A stretch of 64,000 bases of DNA from an uncultured virus (IMG/VR IMGVR_UViG_3300033273_000398) (Duplodnaviria > Heunggongvirae > Uroviricota > Caudoviricetes). Shown here one piece after another: positions 29,981 through 36,447 of the stretch. Position 1 is the first letter of the stretch; each line of letters opens with the position of its first letter. The notes under the pieces are model-generated. The model searched no databases. It was not told the DNA's origin and was given only the letters and a program-made list of their open reading frames with translations. The position numbers and the translations under genes are program-made. The DNA lies in the IMG/VR virus record IMGVR_UViG_3300033273_000398. One strand, given 5' to 3'.

Positions 29981-32080
29981 ATGAGATATTTAATCACTGG
30001 ATTACTATTAACTATATTTTCATTTTCTTATTCTCAAGAAGATTTAGGAGAGTGTGGTTCAATAGATCCTATACACACTTCAGATATAACTGAAACTGAA
30101 AGACATGCTATAATTCAAAGGGAGCAGAATGCCCTTCAAAACTTACAAAATAGATCTAGGGGCCTTGCTACAAAAAATGGATCTATTAACCAACAGGTTT
30201 ATATTCCAGTAATTTTTAATTTTGTACTTACAGAAGGAGCTCCAGAATCTTTATGGTATGACCAATACGGAAACTATACAAAAACAGAAGAATGGGCTTT
30301 AGGAATTTTAGACAACATTAACGAAAGATATTCTACAGGATTATGGGAGTCTACTACATATGAAACTGAAATTGACTATGGAAATCAGGGTGCTGATTTT
30401 AATGCTATACTTATACCTGGAAATGTAGATATGGACGGAAATCCACACGATTGGATACGTGAATTTACGCTTGAAGATAGTTTAGATGTTATGGATCCAT
30501 TTTACCATAGGCCAACTCCGGATGATCCTCCTAATTATGCATATAGTAGTTATCTAAACCTCGACTCTATTATTCCATATACTACACCTTGGTCAGAAGA
30601 TCCAACCGTAGGAGCGTTTACTGAAGATGTTAATTTTAATAGCGCTACTATGGTAAATACGTTTGCTTATGAACCATATGACTATTTAAACATATTTGTT
30701 TATGGACCTACATGCTGTGGATTAAGAAATGCAGGCGCAAACTTTCCTATGGCTGCTCTTGAAGATCCAATAGAAGGAAATATATGGACGGGGCAACATC
30801 TATTTTTCGGACCAAATACGTGGAACGGTTTTTATGAATCGTCATCCGCGCCCGAGGGTATAGTAGATTATACTGACGTTCCAGCACATGAAGTTGCACA
30901 TTTTTTTAGCTTAGGTCATAGTTGGAACGGTTTTTCATCATGTAGCGCTGCATATACAAATTACACAGAAGGAGATTGCTCAACAACCGGAGATAGAGTA
31001 TGTGATACTCCACCTACAAAAAACGATTATCATGATTGCTACTCTACCGACCCTGGCGACCATTGTCTAAGTTTTGCAATACCACATAATCCGTCTAATA
31101 TTATGGACTATACTAGAAAATGTGGACAAACGCATTTTACGCAAGGTCAGGCTGATAAAGTTAGGGCTAATTTCTTTGATACAGGTACAAATAGATACCG
31201 GATTATAGAACGGGGTTATGAAATAGTAGGACATGACGGCGGATGTTTGTCGGATGTTAATGCATGTAATTATAGTCCAGGAGGTTCCTTAGATGTTCCA
31301 TGTGAATATGTAGATGCCCTAGGCGTGTGTGGCGGCACGTGCGAATCAGATTCAGACGGTGATGGAATCTGCGACGGTGCAGTAGGTCCTAGTCCATGTC
31401 TTGGAATTAATTATATGTTATACATGGGAATTACTTATGACTTAATTGAAATAGGCGATCAATGTTGGTTCGGTTCAAATATAGAACAAAATCTATTACC
31501 GCCTGATCCAAATGCTGAAAATCCTAATGTAACGGTTTCTATTCCAATAGCTGCATCAGCTGAAGAGTGGATGTCATATTCTAATAATGAACAGCCAGCA
31601 TGCGCATATCCAGGAGGTTATGATCGAGTAGATTTAAGGGAACCATATGGTCTATTATTTAATGCATATGCAATACAGCAACATGATGATATATGTCCTA
31701 GTGGGTTTCATGTTCCAACTGATGATGACTTTAAAAAATTTGAAAGATATTTAGGCTTAGAAGAATTTAATATAGTTAGAAAGGGAAAAAGAGAATCAGA
31801 TGAAAATCTAGGTATCAGGCTAACAAAGGGAGGAGATACTGGATTTGAAGCATCTCTTTCTGGTTTAATAGTTGAGTCTGATGGCTCTCATAGAGATTTT
31901 GCACAAGAATCATACATTTGGACGTCTACTCCACATAGAAATAGATTTGCTAGTGAAAAAAACAATGTATGGTACAGAAATATTTCTAGAAACAATACTG
32001 GTATTGGTAGATATAATGAAGCGTGGCAGACTGCGAATAATAAGGGTAATGGCATGTCTGTAAGATGCTTAAAAGATTAA
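29981..32080 (+). CDS. Secreted M43 zinc metalloprotease with FISUMP domain
   Basis: Signal peptide YS-Q, ECG prosegment, intact HEVAHFFSLGH, NIMDY, C-terminal FISUMP. Confidence 0.9.
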   Translation: MRYLITGLLLTIFSFSYSQEDLGECGSIDPIHTSDITETERHAIIQREQNALQNLQNRSRGLATKNGSINQQVYIPVIFNFVLTEGAPESLWYDQYGNYTKTEEWALGILDNINERYSTGLWESTTYETEIDYGNQGADFNAILIPGNVDMDGNPHDWIREFTLEDSLDVMDPFYHRPTPDDPPNYAYSSYLNLDSIIPYTTPWSEDPTVGAFTEDVNFNSATMVNTFAYEPYDYLNIFVYGPTCCGLRNAGANFPMAALEDPIEGNIWTGQHLFFGPNTWNGFYESSSAPEGIVDYTDVPAHEVAHFFSLGHSWNGFSSCSAAYTNYTEGDCSTTGDRVCDTPPTKNDYHDCYSTDPGDHCLSFAIPHNPSNIMDYTRKCGQTHFTQGQADKVRANFFDTGTNRYRIIERGYEIVGHDGGCLSDVNACNYSPGGSLDVPCEYVDALGVCGGTCESDSDGDGICDGAVGPSPCLGINYMLYMGITYDLIEIGDQCWFGSNIEQNLLPPDPNAENPNVTVSIPIAASAEEWMSYSNNEQPACAYPGGYDRVDLREPYGLLFNAYAIQQHDDICPSGFHVPTDDDFKKFERYLGLEEFNIVRKGKRESDENLGIRLTKGGDTGFEASLSGLIVESDGSHRDFAQESYIWTSTPHRNRFASEKNNVWYRNISRNNTGIGRYNEAWQTANNKGNGMSVRCLKD

Positions 32081-32083
32081 TAC

Positions 32084-32599
32084 ATGAAGATATTTGTAAC
32101 CTCTAACTTACAGCTAGGGAGACCTAACGCTATTAAGAAGTTTAAGAGACCATTTCAAGATGTTAATGAAATGAACAATACGATTATTCGTAATTGGAAT
32201 CGTGTAGTCTCAGAAGGAGATCTTGTTTATCATCTAGGTAATTTTGCATGGGATCCTAAAACAGCACAAGATGCCATATCTGCCCTAAAGGGTAATATTA
32301 GATTTGTAGAGGGTGTCCATGACGAATCTATTGCTTATCTAGATGAGAAGCAAATGTTACCTAAAAACGCAAAGGTAGTTAGCCAAATTGAAGTGGACCA
32401 CAATGCAATGTGTACTATGTCATATTGGCCAATGATGACTTGGCCTAAAAGCGAGTCAGATTACTATTCTGTTATAGGAATTCCGGATGATAAATACAAA
32501 TCAGATCCAGAAAGAAAGATTATCAACGTCAATGCAGACAAGTGGAACTATACGCCACAAGAGCTGGATAAGACTATAGACATCTTTAAAGACTTTTAA
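32084..32599 (+). CDS. Calcineurin-like metallophosphoesterase homologue with degenerate metal ligands
   Basis: Family scaffold (RPF...EMN..II.NWN..V...D.VYHLG) but SNLQLG, LGNF and EGVHD in place of DxH, GD and GNHD. Confidence 0.75.
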   Translation: MKIFVTSNLQLGRPNAIKKFKRPFQDVNEMNNTIIRNWNRVVSEGDLVYHLGNFAWDPKTAQDAISALKGNIRFVEGVHDESIAYLDEKQMLPKNAKVVSQIEVDHNAMCTMSYWPMMTWPKSESDYYSVIGIPDDKYKSDPERKIINVNADKWNYTPQELDKTIDIFKDF

Positions 32600-32657
32600 C
32601 ATTAATTTAACATTCAGATTTTCTGGTTTAAGTTTTTTTGTGTATATTTACATGTAA
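32596..32657 (+). promoter_or_regulatory. Putative early host-sigma promoter with TTAACA direct repeats
   Basis: TTAACA at 32596 and 32607; TATATTTA at 32643 resembles the Bacteroidota -7 element TAnnTTTG. Confidence 0.6.
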
Positions 32658-32678
32658 TAACTCTTAAAGGTAAAACAT

Positions 32679-33284
32679 ATGCCACAACCCTCTTATCGTG
32701 AATTGGCTGAGAACTTCCTCGCCACCCGCTCAGAACGTGATTACAAAGCTCTTTACGACCGCGTTCGCCCAGGTCTTCGTAACTACATCTTTAACGTAGT
32801 TAAAAACAACGAAGCAACAGATGATATCTTGTCTAACACCTTGACTAAGATGTGGACTAAGATTGACCAGTATGACCCAAGCTATCAGATTACTACTTGG
32901 TTGTACCGAATTGCCTTCAATGAATCTCTTGGTTGGATTCGTGAACGCAATCGCAAGTACAGCATCGAAAGTATGTCTGAGAATGGATTTGATGTCACTA
33001 GTTCTGACTCAGTCCATACTACTATCCAACAGGCTATTGAAGATCAAGAGTATCGTAGCGAGCAAGACTTTCTTGATGAAGAAAATGCTTTGATGAATCG
33101 TTACAGCATGGCTCTTAAGTGTATTAACGATCTTAAGCCCATGTACCGTGATATTGTTGCAGATCGCCTTCTTAACAACATGAAGTACGAAGATATTGCT
33201 GCAAAGCACAAGGTAAACTTGCAGACAGTAAAGAATCGTATCCGCCGCGGTAAGATGCTTATTGCGGAGTCTATGTCGGCTTAA
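32679..33284 (+). CDS. ECF-type RNA polymerase sigma-70 factor
   Basis: Region 2 (DDILSNTLTKMW...YDP...TWLYRIA.N) and region 4 HTH (MKYEDIA...LQTVKNRIRRGK); 201 aa. Confidence 0.9.
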   Translation: MPQPSYRELAENFLATRSERDYKALYDRVRPGLRNYIFNVVKNNEATDDILSNTLTKMWTKIDQYDPSYQITTWLYRIAFNESLGWIRERNRKYSIESMSENGFDVTSSDSVHTTIQQAIEDQEYRSEQDFLDEENALMNRYSMALKCINDLKPMYRDIVADRLLNNMKYEDIAAKHKVNLQTVKNRIRRGKMLIAESMSA

Positions 33285-33288
33285 TAAT

Positions 33289-33555
33289 ATGATTAAGTAT
33301 AAGAACCGATACGGTGATATTCATACGTTTAAACTAAACGAACGTGGTAATATCGATTGGAAAGGTAACTTCGAATATGGCAGCTTTGCGTACAATGACA
33401 ACAAGGAAGACATAGTTATGGTAGATCCAAGCGGTGGGCCATATATTACCATAGAATCTGATATGGGGATGCTTGGTGATGAATTGAAGGGTAAGAAAGT
33501 TAACGGTTTTATTTGGAGAAATGACTATTATGAAATTATCATCGATAAGATCTAG
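33289..33555 (+). CDS. Hypothetical phage protein
   Basis: MIKYKNRYGD...VDPSGGPYI; start moved to ATG 33289. Confidence 0.65.
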   Translation: MIKYKNRYGDIHTFKLNERGNIDWKGNFEYGSFAYNDNKEDIVMVDPSGGPYITIESDMGMLGDELKGKKVNGFIWRNDYYEIIIDKI

Positions 33556-33599
33556 GAATTAAACAAATATCAAACAAACAATATAAAAAACAAAACATC

Positions 33600-34043
33600 A
33601 TGAAACAGTATTTCATTCTAACAGCACTAGCCTGTATAAGTTTTGTAGGCTATTCACAAGTAGTTTCAAACCAAGTTACATATAATGGTGCTGCCCTTTC
33701 AGTAGAAAGTGAAACATATGACTATGGTACTATACTACAGGGTTCTGATCCATACGGGTTCTTTAATATTGTAAATTCAGGAACAGCTCCACTTATTTTT
33801 AGTAACTGTAAAGGATCGTGTGGATGTACAGTGCCTGACTGCGATAAGGCTCCTATTATGCCAGGTGATACGACTACTGTCAAAGTAAAATATGATACGA
33901 ATAGAGTAGGACCTATTAATAAGAGTGTTACAATTACTTCTAATGCACTTAACACGCCAGTACTGGTGCTTCGCATTAAAGGTATGGTACAGGCCCCTGC
34001 AGTGATGGGCGTGCAAGTCCCTGAAGAGGGTACCGAAGATTAA
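33600..34043 (+). CDS. DUF1573 Ig-like secreted protein
   Basis: YDYGTI...NSGTAPL....KGSCGCTVP...PIMPG...KYDT.RVG.INK.VT..SNA is typical of Bacteroidota DUF1573. Confidence 0.85.
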   Translation: MKQYFILTALACISFVGYSQVVSNQVTYNGAALSVESETYDYGTILQGSDPYGFFNIVNSGTAPLIFSNCKGSCGCTVPDCDKAPIMPGDTTTVKVKYDTNRVGPINKSVTITSNALNTPVLVLRIKGMVQAPAVMGVQVPEEGTED

Positions 34044-34064
34044 GGTAGAACAACGGTTCTACTT

Positions 34065-34149
34065 GGAGGATTGCCAGAGTGGTTAATGGAGCGGTTTGCT
34101 AAACCGTCAACGAGTAATTGTTGCACTGGTTCGAATCCAGTATCCTCCG
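34065..34149 (+). tRNA. tRNA-Ser(GCT)
   Basis: Anticodon arm GCGGT-TTGCTAA-ACCGT, long variable arm, G discriminator. Confidence 0.93.
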
Positions 34150-34155
34150 CAAAAT

Positions 34156-34212
34156 TTAACGATTTTTAACATTTGAGATTGTTAAACTAAACCAAAGATA
34201 CGTATATTAGCT
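34156..34212 (+). promoter_or_regulatory. Putative early promoter of the tRNA operon
   Basis: TTAACG/TTAACA at 34156/34166 and TATATTAG at 34203, the same layout as 32596, 51977 and 52972. Confidence 0.6.
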
Positions 34213-34223
34213 ACGTATCTGAT

Positions 34224-34243
34224 GAACGAAAGTTCTTTGACAT
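34224..34243 (+). promoter_or_regulatory. boxA-like antitermination element overlapping a GAAA-tetraloop hairpin
   Basis: AGTTCTTTGACAT resembles rrn boxA (GCTCTTTAACA); it overlaps GAAC-GAAA-GTTC just downstream of the promoter. Confidence 0.6.
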
Positions 34244-34314
34244 CGCGGTCTTTAGGTAAGACATAAATAAATTCGCTGATGACGCCACTGCGTAATAGAA
34301 TGGCGCACCAATAT

Positions 34315-34388
34315 GGGGACGTAGCTCAATTGGTTAGAGCATCAAGCTTATATCTTGAAGGTCGTAGGTTCAATTCCTACCGTCCCTA
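34315..34388 (+). tRNA. tRNA-Ile(TAT)
   Basis: Anticodon arm TCAAG-CTTATAT-CTTGA; canonical cloverleaf. Confidence 0.88.
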
Positions 34389-34396
34389 CATCGTCG

Positions 34397-34593
34397 GTTA
34401 CATGAGATTAGTTAACATGTAACTTCCATCGGAGTCTAATCACTCATGGATGGGAAATCTATCTCACGAAGTAATTTCATACACATACTAGATATGTTGG
34501 TAAGTTACCGTCAAGATAGTGGGGTGCGTTTAGTCGCCCTTAACAGTACTAAACTCCTTGGCATTGGATGAATGCAAGTGCCCTTCGGGGTGC
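34397..34593 (+). ncRNA. Structured spacer RNA, kissing-loop motif copy 1 (long form)
   Basis: Two hairpins with complementary loops GATTAG/CTAATC, then GGAAAT, a long stem, an H-type pseudoknot (GTTTAGT/ACTAAAC) and a terminal UUCG hairpin. Confidence 0.65.
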
Positions 34594-34599
34594 GGATCT

Positions 34600-34672
34600 G
34601 CCATTATAGCTCAGTTGGTAGAGCAGCGCATTTGTAATGCGCTGGTCGGCGGTTCGAGTCCGTCTAATGGCT
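34600..34672 (+). tRNA. tRNA-Thr(TGT)
   Basis: Anticodon arm GCGCA-TTTGTAA-TGCGC. Confidence 0.95.
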
Positions 34673-34676
34673 CACC

Positions 34677-34774
34677 TTTTGTATGTGTTGGTTAGGAAGC
34701 AGTACAAAACCAGTCGGAGGCTAACCACTCGCGGACATGGAAATCTACGCAGGTAGTAGTCGGGCTACGGCCCG
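34677..34774 (+). ncRNA. Structured spacer RNA, kissing-loop motif copy 2 (short form)
   Basis: Hairpin loops TGGTTAG/CTAACCA; shares TCGGAG.CTAA.CACTC..GGA...GGAAATCTA with copy 1; terminal UACG hairpin. Confidence 0.65.
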
Positions 34775-34778
34775 TTAT

Positions 34779-34851
34779 GCGTCAGTAGTTCAATTGGTAG
34801 AGCAGCGGTCTCCAAAACCGCAAGTTGTAGGTTCGAGTCCTGCCTGTCGCG
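34779..34851 (+). tRNA. tRNA-Trp(CCA)
   Basis: Anticodon arm GCGGT-CTCCAAA-ACCGC; one T-T mismatch in the acceptor stem. Confidence 0.92.
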
Positions 34852-34858
34852 CATAAAT

Positions 34859-34931
34859 GATCTCGTAGCTCAGCCGGTAGAGCACGACACTTTTAATGTT
34901 GGGGCCGTGGGTTCAAGTCCCACCGGGATCA
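34859..34931 (+). tRNA. tRNA-Lys(TTT)
   Basis: Anticodon arm CGACA-CTTTTAA-TGTTG. Confidence 0.93.
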
Positions 34932-34974
34932 CAGCGTGTGAGGCGACCGGGTAGTTCTAAATAGGACCACCATA

Positions 34975-35100
34975 CAAATAGCAGTGAGGGCCATTCATCC
35001 TAGAAAAAATGGCAACACGTAGTCACTGTAACCAATACGATGCGCATCGTAGAGGATCAAACTACAAGATGGGGTTCGACTCCCCACCTGCTACTATTTG
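34975..35100 (+). ncRNA. tRNA-like RNA with enlarged D and anticodon regions
   Basis: Perfect T-arm TGGGG-TTCGACT-CCCCA and acceptor-like TAGCAG/CTGCTA, but the GTAGT/ACTAC stem encloses a 37-nt insert rather than a 7-nt loop. Confidence 0.6.
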
Positions 35101-35112
35101 ATGAAGTCATAT

Positions 35113-35186
35113 CGGGATGTGGCACAGTTGGTTAGCGCGCCTGCTTTGGGAGCAGGAGGTCGCAGGTTCGAGTCCTGCTATCCCGA
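35113..35186 (+). tRNA. tRNA-Pro(TGG)
   Basis: Anticodon arm CCTGC-TTTGGGA-GCAGG; C1-G72 pair. Confidence 0.95.
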
Positions 35187-35257
35187 CGCCGCCTGAAGAC
35201 TGCAGCTTCGCCATAAACCAAGAACCTTTTTATTACAACATATACGATATATAGTAT

Positions 35258-35713
35258 ATGGAAAACAATAGAAAGGAAGTCAATCAGAAGATATCTGAAG
35301 GACTTAAAAAGTATTACGCAGAACATGGTCACCATCACCTAGGTAGAAAAGGTAAACCTTGTTCTGACGAAATGAAAGAAATCATAAGTAAAGGAGTTAA
35401 AGCGCATTGGGACAAAGTTGGAAGAAAAACAGAGGCCCAAAAGAAAGCTAGAAACAAAGCGAATGTTTACGCATATAGAGCTAGGAAACGGAATGCAATT
35501 CCACCTGACGCAGATCTAAAACTAATAAGATCAATATATGAAAACTGTCCAGATGGTTATCATGTCGATCATATTATAGCTCTTGCAGCAGGAGGTCCGC
35601 ATCACCAAGACAACTTACAATACTTGGATTCGTCTGAGAATTGTAGAAAGGGAACTAGAACTGAATATGATAAAACAAAAGCTTTAGATTGGAAGGAGTT
35701 TATTCCTCGGTAG
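35258..35713 (+). mobile_element. Free-standing HNH homing endonuclease with NUMOD3-like N-terminus
   Basis: YHVDHIIAL..GG.H..DNLQYL...ENCRKG motif; GKPCSDEMKEIIS NUMOD3-like; inserted between tRNAs with GATATATA at 35246. Confidence 0.85.
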
Positions 35714-35778
35714 CTCAGAGGTAGAGCAGCTGACTGTTAATCAGCGGGTCGGGATATCGTAATTCCCCCGAGGAGCCA
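35704..35778 (+). tRNA. tRNA-Asn(GTT) with atypical T-loop and encoded CCA
   Basis: Anticodon arm GCTGA-CTGTTAA-TCAGC; T-loop ATCGTAA. Confidence 0.85.
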
Positions 35779-35782
35779 AAAG

Positions 35783-35853
35783 GGCAGAAGTATTGGTCGC
35801 ACTGTCTGTCAAGTGATCTAGTTTCGAACGACCAGAAACTAGGTTGCGGTACT
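35783..35853 (+). ncRNA. Compact putative double-pseudoknot spacer RNA
   Basis: GGCAGA/TCTGTC and TGGTCG/CGACCA pair into the loops of the CACT/AGTG and CTAGTTTC/GAAACTAG hairpins. Confidence 0.5.
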
Positions 35854-35854
35854 C

Positions 35855-35936
35855 GGGGGTATCGCATAGTGGCTATTGCAGCTGACTGTAAATCAGCCGT
35901 CGTAAGACATCGGTGGTTCGAGTCCATCTACCCCCA
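35855..35936 (+). tRNA. tRNA-Tyr(GTA)
   Basis: Anticodon arm GCTGA-CTGTAAA-TCAGC; long variable arm. Confidence 0.93.
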
Positions 35937-35937
35937 C

Positions 35938-36066
35938 ATGAAAAAAGACGCACAGACTCTAGTAATAATGCTAGTTTTAACGTGTTTGATATTTGATCCT
36001 GAGGCTGCTAGAAATATATGTGCAGCTTTATTTGCCATATTCTTCTTTCAACGATGGATTAGATAA
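35938..36066 (+). CDS. Small membrane peptide (42 aa)
   Basis: MKKDAQTLVIMLVLTCLIF...AALFAIFFFQRWIR, between two tRNAs. Confidence 0.45.
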   Translation: MKKDAQTLVIMLVLTCLIFDPEAARNICAALFAIFFFQRWIR

Positions 36067-36086
36067 AATGTATGCCATGCAAGCGC

Positions 36087-36161
36087 GGGCGGTTAGCTCA
36101 GCTGGTTCAGAGCACCTCGTTTACACCGAGGGGGTCGGGGGTTCGAGCCCCTCACTGCCCA
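36087..36161 (+). tRNA. tRNA-Val(TAC)
   Basis: Anticodon arm CCTCG-TTTACAC-CGAGG. Confidence 0.95.
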
Positions 36162-36168
36162 CATGCAT

Positions 36169-36241
36169 GCGCCCGTAGCTCAGCGGTTAGAGCAGTTGAC
36201 TCATAATCAATTGGTCGTAGGTTCAAATCCTACCGGGCGCA
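36169..36241 (+). tRNA. tRNA-CAT, probably Ile2 (lysidine type)
   Basis: Anticodon arm GTTGA-CTCATAA-TCAAT; C4-G69 and C5-G68 pairs typical of TilS substrates; lacks initiator features. Confidence 0.85.
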
Positions 36242-36248
36242 CTTACAT

Positions 36249-36323
<75 letters not shown>

Positions 36324-36328
36324 CAAAA

Positions 36329-36400
36329 GGTTCTGTGGCTGAGTAGTTAGGCAAAGGCCCCGCAAGGCCCTTTACGGTGGTGCAAATCCATCCGGAACCT
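36329..36400 (+). tRNA. Atypical tRNA-Cys(GCA)
   Basis: GGTTCTG/CGGAACC acceptor with U73; anticodon loop CCGCAAG (C33); extended, mismatched stem; T-loop TGCAAAT. Confidence 0.6.
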
Positions 36401-36402
36401 CA

Positions 36403-36431
36403 TGAAACTAAATCAAAGAGTTTAGTACAAT
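36403..36431 (+). promoter_or_regulatory. Putative ECF-type promoter TGAAAC-N17-TACAAT
   Basis: Recurrent motif; lies directly upstream of the IMPDH/GMPR gene. Confidence 0.6.
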
Positions 36432-36447
36432 TAATAAAACTCTTAAT

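Noticed and set aside
29880..32080. Diversity-generating retroelement acting on the FISUMP C-termini (similar 3' ends of genes 5 and 6)
   Set aside because: The differences are mostly synonymous third-position changes, not adenine-specific. There is no non-coding template repeat or reverse transcriptase in the window, though one elsewhere in the genome cannot be excluded.
6437..32080. Cellular (Flavobacteriales chromosome) origin of the whole window
   Set aside because: The secreted-protein genes carry the same GATATATA motif and codon style as the tail genes, and are flanked by baseplate, tape-measure, fibre, homing-endonuclease and early-gene modules on one strand. A chimeric assembly is unlikely but should be checked with reads.
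34219..34310. Hammerhead ribozyme (two CTGATGA cores at about 34219 and 34276)
   Set aside because: Stem II is not followed by the required GAAA, and I found no stem I/III with an NUH cleavage site.
34389..35100. tmRNA, RNase P RNA or group I intron as the identity of the spacer RNAs
   Set aside because: No alanyl acceptor end or tag ORF, no GAGGAAAGUCC, no P7-like core, and the elements are too short.
35132..36178. ORF-track entries 35132-35338, 35715-35927, the 5' part of 35869-36066 and 35993-36178
   Set aside because: They overlap clear tRNA genes.
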